A stretch of 64,000 bases of DNA from assembly GCA_951406725.2 (NCBI GenBank), contig OX597824.1, positions 21,762,001 to 21,826,000 on the forward strand, in the 5' to 3' direction. The notes under the pieces are model-generated. The model was not told the DNA's origin. It saw only the letters and a list, made by a program, of their open reading frames with translations, and made no database searches. Positions 26,966-39,740 of this stretch are shown in pieces. The stretch's first letter is position 1. Every line of letters begins with the position of its first letter. Source of the DNA: Octopus vulgaris (lineage: Eukaryota). The position numbers and the translations under genes are program-made.

Positions 26966-29407
26966 AAAAAAACTTTTTCCTTTATTCAGAGCAGCAGTTG
27001 TTGAATTTGAACTCATGGGCTTTGTTTCTAAGAAACTTGTGTAACCTTCACATAATTTCTTATAAGTCTTTCATCTCCAGAATAAGTTAGAAATCCTCAA
27101 ATCAGAATGTCTGCAGCATCAATAATAATGTATAGGTAATGGGCAATAAGTTCATAAATTCTTATGTATATTTAATCATATTTACCTGGATTATACACTT
27201 CATATGATGTCTAACATTTTAGAAGTCTTATATGAACTTGGAGTGACTTAAGAAATTCAAGAAAAAGGAAATATAGAAAAATCATACAAATTCAACACAC
27301 ACAAACACACACACACACACACACATATGCACACACACGTGCACACACATGTGCATATGTTCTTTAAGTTATTTCAGAATTCTGCCAATCATGTTATCAA
27401 GTATTGGGTGATGGAATCGGTTTGCTAAAAGCCTCTCATCATGATAATCACTGTAATTATGAAATATCAAAAACAAGGCAGAAATAGATAAAAAAAAAAA
27501 AACCAAAAAAAAACAACCAAAAAACACAAAACAAAACAAATCCTGATAAAACAAACAAACAAACTTAGCGAAAAGGAGAAATAAAGAAAGGCAAGGTAAA
27601 CGAAAATAGAAATGGAGGCTGGTTGAAACATCGAGTTTAAAAGAAAATTTGTCAAAATTATCTTTGAACTGTAGAAGCCCATAATTTTGATTTGGAAGTT
27701 CCAACTGTGAATAGAATCTTCTGTATCTTCCTGTTGTTTTATAAATAGGTATGAGTGATAATCAAAAAGGTGTACAACACCTACCTCATTAGAAGCTAAT
27801 AGTAAAAATGACTAGAATTAGACAGCTACCGTTATTAACAGTTCATTGAGTACCTTTAGCCTGATATTTAATGTCTGCCTTGTAGACAGATGCTGAAGCA
27901 TCCAGTTGTATTTAGGGATGGCAAATCTGTTGCGTGTGCGTGTGTGTGTGTGCTTGTGAGAAAATAGTAATTACCATCATCCTAGTTGACCAGCACCTTT
28001 TCACGTTGCCTTTCATCATCATCATCACTGTCGTTGTCATCATCATCATCGTCGTCGTCGTCGTCATCATCGTCATCGTCATCATCATCGTCGTCGTCGT
28101 CATCATCATCATCGTTTAATGTTCGCTTTCCATGCTGACATGGGTTGGACAGTTTGACTGAAGACTGGCGAGCCAGATGGCTGCACCAGGCTCCAATCTG
28201 ATCTGGCAAGAGTTTCTACAGCTGGATGCCCTTCTTAATGCCAACCACTCCAAGAGTGTAGTGGGTGCTTTTACGTGCCACCAGCACAAGGGCCAGTCAG
28301 GTGGTACTGGCAATGGGCACACTCAAATGGTGTTTTTTATGTGTCACCTGCACAGGAGCCAGTCCAGCGGCACTGGCAAAGACCTCGCTCGAATGTTGTT
28401 TTTCACATGCCACTGGTACATGTGCCAGTAAGGCCAAGCTGGTAACGATCACGTTCAGATGGTGCTTTTTACGTACCACTGGCATGGGAGCCAGTCAGTG
28501 GCCCTGGCAATGATCACACTTGGATGGTGCTCTTAGCGCTCCATTAGCATGGATGCCAGTCATGTGGTGCTGTCATCGATTTCACTTGCCTCAACAGGTC
28601 TTCACAAGCATATATACACACACATATATACACACACATGCATATATAGATACATACACATATATACACACACATATACATACATATATATATACACACA
28701 TATATGTACAGACATGGATATATATATATATCATCAACATCATCATCATCATCATCATCATCGTCCAGTGTTTTAAATCCGGGTTTTGTCTCTGTTAACG
28801 AGGGTGGCCAGATCTACCTCAATGCCATAGCAATCAAGGTAGGCAGGTGCAGCCCACCCCAACCTTTGCTATCATGAGGCCATTTTGGAGCTGGATTTTC
28901 TATGGGGAGCATGTAAACTCAGCAACACTGGTTGTCAAGCAGGGGAGAAACACACACACACATACACACACGTATATACACAACAAATTTCTTTCAGTTT
29001 TTACCTATCAAACCCACTCACAAGGCTCAGGGCTATAGTAGAAGACACTTGCGCAAGGTGCCACTCAGCGGGACTGAACCCAGAACCATGTGGTCGGGAA
29101 GCAAGCTTCTTACCACACTGCTACATGTGAATAGTAAAAATAATAATAGTGATGATGAAATAACTTCATTTGAACATCAAAAAAAAAAAGAATAAAAAAC
29201 ATTTAATGCCTATTTGACTGAAACAAAAATCATCATCATCATCATCATCATCATTTAGCGTCTGTTTTCCATGCTAGAATGGGTTGGACGGTTCAACTGG
29301 GGTCTGTGAAGCCAGAAGGCCGCATCAGGCCCAGTCAGATCTGGCAGTGTTTCTACGGCTGGATGCCCTTCCTAACACCAACCACTCCGTGAGTGTAGTG
29401 GGTGCTT

Positions 29408-30042
29408 TTTACGTGCCACCCGCACAGGTGCCAGACGGAGCTGGCAAACGGCCACCAGCACGGGGGCCAGGCCAGGCTGGCAACGGACACGAACGGATGG
29501 TGCTTTTACGTGCCACCAGCCTGGGGGCCAGGCGAGGCTGGCAACAGACGCGAGCGGATGGTGCTTTTACGTGCCACCGGCACGGGGGCCAGGCGAGGCT
29601 GGCAATGGACACGAACGGATGGTGCTTTTACGATTTTGAATATTCCGAGAAAGAAACATGTAGCATAGTAAAAAAAAAATATGAGGCAAGGGCTATCAGA
29701 ATGTGCTAGGCTGGAGAACAGGTTTACGTGCCACCCGCACAGGTGCCAGACGGAGCTGGCAAACGGCCACCAGCACGGGGGCCAGGCCAGGCTGGCAACG
29801 GACACGAACGGATGGTGCTTTTACGTGCCACCAGCCTGGGGGCCAGGCGAGGCTGGCAACAGACGCGAGCGGATGGTGCTTTTACGTGCCACCGGCACGG
29901 GGGCCAGGCGAGGCTGGCAATGGACACGAACGGATGGTGCTTTTACGATTTTGAATATTCCGAGAAAGAAACATGTAGCATAGTAAAAAAAAAATATGAG
30001 GCAAGGGCTATCAGAATGTGCTAGGCTGGAGAACAGGTTTAC
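29408..30042. repeat. 315-bp tandem duplication
   Basis: 29408-29722 is repeated at 29723-30037, apparently identical, with TTTAC at all three junctions. Confidence 0.95.
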
Positions 30043-32930
30043 CTCTTAAAGATGGGAGCAGCCACAGAGAGTAGTTGATGACATTTGATAGGTAAGGAGT
30101 AAATAAATATAAGCTGAAAAATAAATTAATTGAAATGGATGGATTGATATTTTGAACCTAATCCAACTTGTGAAACCTTCAGACAGGTTGTTGACATAGA
30201 AACGTATAGAAATAATGATGATGATGATGATGATGATGATAATGAAGAAGAAGAAGAAGAAGAAGAAGAGGAAATAAAGAAACAACAACAACAACGTGAA
30301 AATGAAAAATTTATTATGAAATCATTGCAGATGTGTGTAGGTAGGTATGATATTAACATACAAACATACACACATACATATACACACACACACACACATA
30401 TATACATACATACCCATATATATATGCGTATATATATATATATATACAGACACATATGTGCATGTGTGCATATATATACACACACATATAGATACATGAT
30501 TATGTGTTTGTATGAGTGTGTGTGGATATATATAAATATATACGTATGTTTGTTGCATGTATATATGTGTGTGTTATGTGTGTATATATGTATGTGTGTG
30601 CATGTGTATATATATATATATATTTATAATATGTGTGTGTATATGTGTGTGTCCATGTGCATTTGTCTGCATCTGTATGTGTGATGTTTAAGCAGCAATT
30701 TTTATAAAATCTTTAGTGAAGTCAGTCACAGAAGAAACGAAGGTGCCTCCATATCGAAATGAGACACGCACAAAGTTGAGATCTGTATATCACAAACATT
30801 GGGACTGCAGCTCAGCATTACACAGTATTTTTATTTTGAATGAAGGCCAAGATAAAAAAAAAAAAGAGGGGGGAGAGGGAGTACTACCCCACTTTTGATT
30901 CGTTCACGATTTATGGAGTTGAAGGTCTAAATACGTCATGGATATTGTGTAAGCATATATATGTATGTGTGTGTGTGTGTGTGTGTGTATACATGTACAT
31001 GTGTTTGTAGCAAAATATTTCAGTATCAACTGAAAATTAGATGGCATCGGAAGATTACAGAATTTCAATTAATTTTTTTTTTGAAAAAAAATAAAAAATA
31101 AAACACTAAAAAAAAAAAAAAACCAACTGGTCCTTGAAATTCAGATTTCTTATTTTTGATTTTTGTAAGATTTTTTTTTTCTTTTTTCCCCCCCATTCTT
31201 TATTTTGTTCAACAGCATTCTGTATTTAACAATGTGGAGAATTCTTCTACATGCGAAATAAATTATGTGTTTATAGACAGAAAAAAAAAAAAATGTAAAA
31301 TGACCGCCACCCAACCACTGAAAAAAAAAATTCAAGGCGTTTCTAGAGTATCTTATTGACAACAAAATTTAGTGAAATTTAGTTGATGTGCCTCATACAC
31401 TCACTATAGGGGATATCCAAACATACAATCTGTATTGTATATGAGATGTATTAAAATAAAAGTTTTAAAATATGAAACAAGAGAAGAAAGGTTTGGCCAT
31501 TTGTAAAATGAGCCCGTGAGTTTTTAAAAAAAGGAAACCGTGGGAAACCTCTGGTAGAGGAGACGAAAGCTAAAGAATTAGTAAGGGGATTGGGACCGTC
31601 TGACAAAAGAGGGTTAAGACACACAGAATGGTAACATGAGACATTTTGCTTGCAATAAACATACATATTTATATATGTGTATACATACATATTTATGTAT
31701 GTATATACATACATATTTATGTATATATAACTTGATAGGTAGTGAGAGGAGGAAGAAGACAAAGAGAAAGAGACCTGCATTTTCTCTCTCATGCACACAC
31801 AAACATACATACTGTCCAAATGTAAGATGTTAGAATAAAAGCAGTGATTTGCAACCATTTTTAAAGCCGGCACCATGATCAACTTTGGTGTATTTAACAA
31901 TGCTTGTTAGGATATCAGATATTGTCTTCTAACAATTAGAAATACTATTTTATTATATTTATGTGCCCTTTTCAAGCCTAGCCAGGCTCATGGGTCCGGT
32001 TTCCTGGTTTCTATGGCATATGTGATTCCCCCACAACTGGACGCAATGCCAGTTCATTGCAGTGTTACTCAAGAACCAGGAAGAAAGAGTGAGAGAAAGT
32101 TGGGGCGAAAGAGTACAACAGGGTTTGCCACCCACCCCCCCCTGCCGGAGCCTTGTAGAGCTTTAGGTGTTTTTGCTCAATAAACATACACAACGCTCGG
32201 TCTTGGAATCGAAACCGTGATCCTCCGACTGTGAGTCCACTGCCCTAACCACTGGGCCATCGCGCCTCCACAAATATTCCTTCTCGAGCCATGCCAGGCT
32301 CATAAGGGCCGGTTTCCTGGTTTCAGTGGCATAGAAATTCCCCACCTGGACAGAACGCTGGTCTGTCGCAGGATTACTCATTGTTGCCAGCTGAGTGGAC
32401 TGGAGCAATGTGAAAATGAAGTGTTTTGCTCAAGAACACAACGCATCGTCTGGTCCAGGAATCGAAACCCACAACCTTACGATCATAATAATTACAAACA
32501 TATATACACAGTGTAAGAGATAGCATCAGTTAGTTTGTGCAATTAAACAGATTGTTATTAATTCCATAATTCCGTACTTTAGAAGTACGAGTGTAAAACA
32601 AACCGACAGATCCCATCAGACTTCAGTCAAGTGTTTTAAGGAGATATTACTGAGACAGTACATATAAAAATATAGGCACAAATACATACTTACTGAATTA
32701 GAATAAAAATTGAAAAAAATACGAGGAAAAAAAAAGGGATACTTTTTCTTTGTATTTCTTCTGTCTATTTGGTGTTACACATACTTCTAAAGGGATTAAA
32801 TGTAATCGTAGCTGAGTTGTGAAACCTACATGTAAACCATATTGACACATTGGTGTATATACTACATACACATATTATCATTATTATTATTATTAGTTTA
32901 AGTATACAATATTATAGATTCATTACAGCT

Positions 32931-33003
32931 GATCTTACCAATTGGTTTTGCACTGGATATTAGGTAATCAGAAAATTACCTAACAACTGCGCTCATCAGA
33001 GGT
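32931..33003 (-). ncRNA. Degenerate type I hammerhead ribozyme motif (copy 1)
   Basis: CTGATGA-GCGC..TTAGGTAAT/ATTACCTAA..GTGC-AAAA-CC-AATT-GG-TA; GAAA is mutated to AAAA. Confidence 0.6.
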
Positions 33004-33481
33004 GGCAGGTATGGAAAAAAAATAGTCCGATTACCTGGTGTAAAACTGACTTATAAACATGGAATTTTAGAGACTATATATGAAGATATTAAGTCCAGGA
33101 ACAGAATTTATGGTATTACATATATTCCTTAGTCATGTGCATTTCAACAATACCTATAATATATATATTTTTTGAGAATATAATGGTCATGCAAAAATAT
33201 ATTTTCCATTTATTGTTGAAGTGCACATAAGTAAGGAATAAATGTAATTACCATAAATTCCATTCTTGGACTTTATGTTCTATACTCCTTTAGTATGTAT
33301 GAATGGTTTCCTTTATAGAAATTGTCCACTTCTATACACCCTATTAGCCAGTATATTAATCAAGTGATAATTGAGGATCCAGCTCAGTTTTATTAATTCC
33401 ATTTTATTTGATATATATATATATATATATTAATATATATATATTAAGCAAAGTACACAGTGTTCTAGATCCATAATATGT

Positions 33482-33552
33482 GATCTTACTAATAGGTTTC
33501 ACACAGGATATTAGGTAATCATGATCATCTAATACTTGTGCTCATCAGAGGT
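33482..33552 (-). ncRNA. Type I hammerhead ribozyme motif (copy 2)
   Basis: CTGATGA-GCACA..long stem II..TGTGT-GAAA-CC-TATT-AG-TA; core intact, stems I and III imperfect. Confidence 0.65.
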
Positions 33553-33761
33553 GTCTGGTATGGAGAAAATAGGAATTTTTCTTTCTTCTTTACATACTGA
33601 CCATCTCTAATGAGTACAGGTATTAAGATAATCTGCTGCTTACTTAATACCCTGTGCAAAACTGATTATAGATCTATAATACAGTATATTTTGATTAATA
33701 TACCAAAATTTATGAGTACATATCTTTCTGAATTATGGATTCTAAGACAACTTTCTCTCAC

Positions 33762-33801
<40 letters not shown>

Positions 33802-34187
33802 AACACATACATATACATATATATGTATATACATATTTATATATATGTATGTGTGTGTGTGTGTGTAAAGATATTACACTGCCAATACACATATGCATGC
33901 ACCCAGAATCAATCTCAAACACTCATGGCCTCTTATAATCAAAGAATGGCATCAACTAGAGACAAATAAGTTTGAGTAGAGTCCGACGCAACTGAGAGAA
34001 GTTTAGAAAGAAAGGTAGTTATAGAGGGAGGAGTGGTGGTAGATTGGGTGGGGTGGGGCTGACATAGGGGGTGTGGAGCATGGAAGGGATTTTTTGAAAT
34101 AAAATAAAATAAAATAAAATAAAATAAAATGTACCAGACACCCATTTATCAAAAATTATCTACCAAAGTCTTTTCTTCTCAAATGGT

Positions 34188-35020
34188 TTATAATTTCAGA
34201 AATGTCCTAGGGTTATATCTGATGTGAATTCTTCGTTTTTTGATAAATCTATACATAAGTAAAAGTAAAACAGTTATTATGAAAACTACTGTAATTAAAA
34301 TAATTCCTGTCGGTGAGGAATTATTTCCAAAAGTCTCTTGGTTTTCCTGCGAAGATCGTCCATGAAAACCAGAGTTACGTGCAATTCGAGGTAAAATTTG
34401 TTTCTTGTCAGGTGCCAAATTTTGCAAGAATTTTTGTTGCTTGTTTATTTTTTCCTGACGTGCGGTATCTTCTTCATTTTCATCATAGTAAGTGTAGTCA
34501 CCGTCTTCATCTTCCTCATCTAGGCTGTCGTCATCGTAACCGTCACCGTTTTCATCCAAGGCTTTCAATGATTCTTTATTATTGCCAAAATGGACCACTT
34601 TCTTGTCTCTGTAATTTTCATTCAGAAACTTATCGTTTTCGTATTCTTCATAGTCATCTTCCTGGACGCCATCTTTTTTATTATCCCTTTCTATTCCCAT
34701 GTCTCCAAGAACTGGTTCTTGGAAGCTTTTCTTAATGACAGTTTCTTGTTGGACAAAGGAATTGGAATCACCACCCAATGGTACTGGTTTCTGTTCATTG
34801 GGAAAAACTGGCTGAACCTTCTTTAAATGGCCAGGCTGGAGTACTGGAGGCAAGGAATTGGTGGTGGTTTTTGAAGCAGTATTTAACAAAAGACGCTGGT
34901 TCACAGAATGCCAGACAGTATCAGAATGGTTCAGCTGATCCAGACTGTGGTGAAGCAAGAAATTTAAGTAAATCACCAAGGCGCCACTGGCAACAGCAGT
35001 CTTGTGACTCAGACAGCCAC
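34188..35020 (-). CDS. C16orf89: UPF0764/C16orf89 homolog, last coding exon (GGCLSHKTAVASGALVIYL..., acidic region, TM helix, stop)
   Basis: Acceptor CTCTTTGCAG before 35020; phase-1 junction G+GT=Gly. GCLSHKTAVASGAL matches C16orf89 GCSSHNTATAVAAL. Open to TAA at 34188-34190 (ORF 34188-34979). Confidence 0.9.
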
Positions 35021-35262
35021 CTGCAAAGAGAAAAATGACATTTAAGTACCATTATTGCATAGAGACAGGAAATAGTTTTAAGTAAATAGTTATGATGTGT
35101 GCATATGTACAGATTTGTGTTTGGGTATACGTTTATATAGTTGTATGTACATGGATGTTGTTGTTGCAAAGATGTTGCTTAAATGCGTATAGATGTGTGT
35201 GTGGAGATGGCTTGGGAAGGACCTTTGGATCATTTGGTGAAGTTAAGTGGCTTAATGGTTAA

Positions 35263-35483
35263 CCCTTTCGTTACCAACCTGGCTGAAACCGGCTCTGACT
35301 CTGTAGTACAAATGTCTTGTTTTCATAAGTTCTGAATTAAAATCTTCCACCAAACCTTAGTCACAATTTATGTTCCTAACACTAGCTGAATGGTAACTAT
35401 GTTATTTTACTAAATTCTTTGTTATATTTAAAGTTATAGAAAGAAACACAGGGCATCTCAAAATAAATACAGTAACGAAAGGG
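35263..35483. mobile_element. piggyBac-type MITE
   Basis: TTAA + CCCTTTCGTTAC ... GTAACGAAAGGG, 12-bp perfect TIRs; the right TTAA is degenerate. Confidence 0.75.
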
Positions 35484-35494
35484 GTATTGTGCTC

Positions 35495-35534
<40 letters not shown>

Positions 35535-35537
<3 letters not shown>

Positions 35538-35970
35538 AATTATTGTATACAGTGTTCAGGTGCACCACAACTTGTCAAAAGTGTGTATAAAGCATATGCA
35601 GTAGAGTCAGATACACGCTTGCGTGTGTATGGAGGGGAAAAAATCAGGTGTAGTGTTGGCGAATCTCAGGAAGCATGGAGGTTTTGAAGGATGCAGTGCT
35701 CCGACAACTAACAACTGATGCCGGCAGTCTGTTCCATGCTTCAGCAACTCTTAGCATGAAAAAGTGTTTCCGAAAGTCATGGGAGCCGTGCTGTTTTCAG
35801 ACTTTGTACACATGTCCATGGGGGTTAGACAGGTGGAGTTTGAAAAGGTGCTCAGAGTTATTGTTTGTAAGATGGTTAATAATTTTATGGGTGTCTGCCA
35901 AGTCAACTGCCAAACGTCGGAGTTTCAATGTATCCATGCCTGGGGAAGTAAGGTGTTCAGAATATGGCAA
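35535..35970 (-). mobile_element. CR1/L2-group LINE 3' fragment (second family)
   Basis: Minus-strand translation MDTLKLRRLAVDLADTHKII...FRKHFFMLRVAEAWNRLPASVVS...SFKT. Confidence 0.8.
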
Positions 35971-38867
35971 ATGCCTGATGGATTATCATTTCACTTGCTT
36001 GACTGGACAATGGGCTGAGTTCTTGAGCAAGACACTTCATTTCTCATTGCTCTAGTCCTCTTAGCTGACAAAAATGCATTATCCTGTAATGGTCTGACAT
36101 CTGATCTAGTGGGGAGTAGATGCACTACAGAATCTAGGATGTCAGACTTATGAGCCTATGGTACAGGAAGGACCTTTCGTCCCTTTTTGAAATATTGTAT
36201 AACTGCAGTGTTGAACTGAAGCCCCTCTATATGCCACTGATTATTACTGAGATAAACACTATTAATGTTACTGGAATCCAAAACATACCAATATATATTA
36301 TTCCAACTATTATTATTATTATTATTATTGTTGTTGTTGTTATTAAGGAGGCAAGCTGGCAAAATTGTTAGGATGCTGAGCAAAATGCTTAGTGATGTTT
36401 TGTCCTGTCTTTATGTTCTGAGTTCAAATTCTGCTGAGGTCGATTTTGCCTTTTATCCTTTCAGGGTCAATAAAATAAGTACCAGTTGAGCATGGGGGGT
36501 GAGGTGGTGGTGATGTAATCGATCTACCCACTCCTCTGAAATTGCTGGCCTTGTGCTAAAATTTGAAACCACTATTATGAATATCATTTTTTACCTATAA
36601 ATATGTCTAATTTACAAATATGGGGTTTAAAGATGGTTAAACAAATGTTAACAAGAATATAGAAACTTCAAGAGATAAATAAATCATTAAGGTTTTTTTT
36701 TAACAGTGGAACTTGAAGTAGTTAAAGTTATAAATAATCCTTTCTATTACAGGCACAAAGCCTGAACTTTTGAGGGTTGTAACTAGTCAACCCCTGTGCT
36801 CAACTGGTACTTATTTCATTGCCCCTGGAAGGTAGAAAGGCAAAGTAAACCTTGGCAGAATTTGAACTCACAACATAAAGAAGAATGAAATGCCACTTAG
36901 CAGTTTGTCCAACATGCTTATGATTCTGTTGGCTCACTATAGAAAAAAGCATGTAAATATTGGGTTAAAAAAACCTTTAAGTGGAAAATATTGAAGGCTT
37001 CATGTGGGACTTGAACCTATGTCTTTTGTAAACATGAAAAGTGTTCTACCACTCTACCAAAGCAATCCTTTAAATTTCTCCATCCATTTTAGGTGTGAGT
37101 GGAGGCACATAGCCTAGTGGTTAGAGCAGCGGACTCGCGGTCGAGGGATCGCGGATTCAAATCTCAGACCAGGCGATGTGTGTGTTTATGAGCAAAACAC
37201 CTAAGCTCCACCCGGCTCCGGCAGAAGGTAATGGCGAACTTCTGCTGACTCTTTCGCCACAACTTTCTCTCACTTCTTTCCTCCTGCACCTCTAGCAGCT
37301 CACCTGCAATGGACCGGCGTCCTGTCCAGGTGGGTAACCTATACGCCAAGGAAACCGGGAAACCGGCCCTTATGAGCCAGGCGTGGCTCGAGAAGGAACA
37401 AACAAAACAAATTTTAGGTGTGTTCTTACTAGTGGCGTTGTATGTTGTTTATACCATAAGAATTTAGAAATTTGGAAAATTCAAGAGAGATAAAATAAAT
37501 ATTTTTTTCCCCCTTGTCTTAATTCAGTGTTATTATTATTATTTAGTAATATCTTTTAAGTAATGTAAATTTGGGGAAATAAGACTTAGAGTTAGATAAT
37601 TCCACAGTAAACCAAAGAGTAAGATAATTCCATAGCAAGCCAAATCCATTGCTTGATTTTGATTCTGAGACTTAAATATTTCAATTTACTTCATGAGCCA
37701 AAAAGGGAGCCTCCATATGGACACTGAAACTGCTAGAGATAGCATCCAAATCGTTCTCAAATTACATTCTGCCATCTTAGAAAAGAAGCAAGACATTGCA
37801 TAATGTTGTCCTAGAGATACCTTCTGGGAATGAAAGATCGAATGGTCATGGATGGAACGTTTTTGATCATAGGCCTATGCAATTACCACTAAGCATTCAC
37901 TTCAGTTGTGTTAGGAAAGCATCAATACTTCATAATCTTTGCCTCTCCTCATTGAAAGCTTATGCCTATATAAGGTGAATCTGTGACATGGTTATTGTCT
38001 AACAGGCAAAGCAAGGAAGTAGCAGAGTCATTAGAGTACTTTTACTCTTTTACTTGTTTCAGTCATTTGACTGTGGCCATGCTGGAGCACCAATTTTAGT
38101 CGTACAAATCGACCCCAGGGCTTATTCTATCGGTCTCTTTTGCCGAAGCGCTAAGTTATGGGGATGTCAACACACCAGCATCGGTTGACAAGTGATGTTG
38201 GGGGGACAAACACTGACACACAAATATATACACATACATACATATATATACATATATACGACAGGCTTCTTTCAGTTTCCGTCTATCAAATCCACTCACA
38301 AGGCTTTAGTAGAACACACTTGCTCAAGGTGCCACGCAGTGGAACTGAACCCGGAACCATGTGGTTGGTAAGCAAACTACTTACCACACAGCCACTCCTG
38401 CACCTGGATAAAATACTTGTAGTGTTTGTTCCTAATCTCTGTGCTCTGAGTTCAAATCCAGCCATGATCAACTTTACCATTCATTCTTTCAGAGTTGATA
38501 AAAATAAAAGTACCAATCCAGATTGATGGATTGATGGAACAGTTAGAAGGTTGAACGAAATGTGGGATCTGTTTTGGCTCTTTTCATTCTGATAATAGCA
38601 ACACCTGTGGTGACACTGATGCCAAGTTGCATTGGTGTAAGTTTGGCTGCCTTTTCTTTTGAATGACATTGGTGGTATGGGGAAGGGAAACTTGCATGCA
38701 TGGACAACAATCAGCTGCCACCGCCACCGCCACCACCACCATCATCATCATTTTAATGTCCACTTTTCCATGTCTGCATGAGCTGGGCAGGATTTGTTGA
38801 TACAGATTTTGTATGGCCAGAAGCCTTTCCTGTTGCCAACCTTTACCTCTATCCAGGCAAGGTAATA

Positions 38868-39244
38868 CACTTGCGTCAGAAATTAATTAGCACTTCTCAA
38901 ATTTCTACATTAAATAGGTTAAATCAATTAACCTATGAGCTGTTCAAAACGTCTTACGCGATGAGAAAACTTAGTATGGTGTGATTTCGGTCCTTGCGAG
39001 GCGCTACCTATATCTATTAAACAAAGGAAGATTTGTCTGCATCCGCACTCCAAGTTGTTGCACTGCTATGTCAACATCATAAGGCTGTAGACTCTCAAAC
39101 TGCTCTGCAAACAAAGTTACGTCATCGTTCTGCGCAACAGTGAACTCGCAACAAAGCAATAGTTTGAGATATGGCCACTAGGTGACAGCACATACCTTGA
39201 GTGAAGAGAAAATCAAGGGTGCTAATTAATTTCTGACGGTAGTG
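38868..39244. mobile_element. Tc1/mariner-type MITE
   Basis: 26-bp TIRs CACT(TG/AC)CGTCAGAAATTAATTAGCAC with TA on both sides; inserted in an older RTE-UTR-like repeat. Confidence 0.85.
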
Positions 39245-39694
39245 TACATCTTCATGGCCAGACATGTTTTCCCGGACTATTGAAAATGAATGACATTGCT
39301 TGTATATTGCAGTGATACTGACACTCATTTACAACTATCATGCAATATAAAAGCGAACACACACCATGGGCTTCTTTCAGTTTCCATCATCTAAATCCAC
39401 TCAAAAGGTCAAAAGTCAACCTGGGACTATAATAGAAGATACCAAGGAAGATACCAAGGTACAAACTTCTTAATCACACAACCATGCCATATTATTGTTA
39501 TTGTTCAGGTCACTGCTTGGAATTGAACTCGGAATCTTGAGGTTAGTAGCCCACGCTCTTAACCACTATGCCATATGTTCAGTGACCTGAACAATAACAA
39601 TGATGATAATAATAATAATAATAATAAGAAGAAGAAGAAGAAAAACATCGAAAAATACCTTAGGAATGAGAACCCAGGTTCAAAATTTCCCCAA

Positions 39695-39740
39695 GACACC
39701 TGAAGAAGGCTGGAGGATATATCAGCCGAAACGTTGTGTT
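39695..39740 (+). ncRNA. Minimal type I hammerhead ribozyme motif (Penelope type)
   Basis: GACAC-CTGAAGA-A-GGCTG-10nt-CAGCC-GAAA-CGTT-GTGTT: stem I, CUGANGA core, stem II, GAAA and a palindromic ACGU stem III. Confidence 0.75.

Noticed and set aside
27369-27455. Possible minus-strand exon DYHDERLLANRFHHPILDNMIGRILK* after a T-rich tract
   Set aside because: No homology or partner exon; the pyrimidine tract is simple-sequence.
28265-28560. CRISPR-like repeat/spacer appearance of the ~65-bp units
   Set aside because: The apparent spacers are homologous to each other, the array is part of a LINE 3' UTR, the context is eukaryotic and there are no cas genes.
36993-37068. tRNA-like sequence on the minus strand
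   Set aside because: A/B-box remnants only and the cloverleaf stems do not pair; a SINE-head or pseudogene relic. No genuine tRNA gene was identified in the window.
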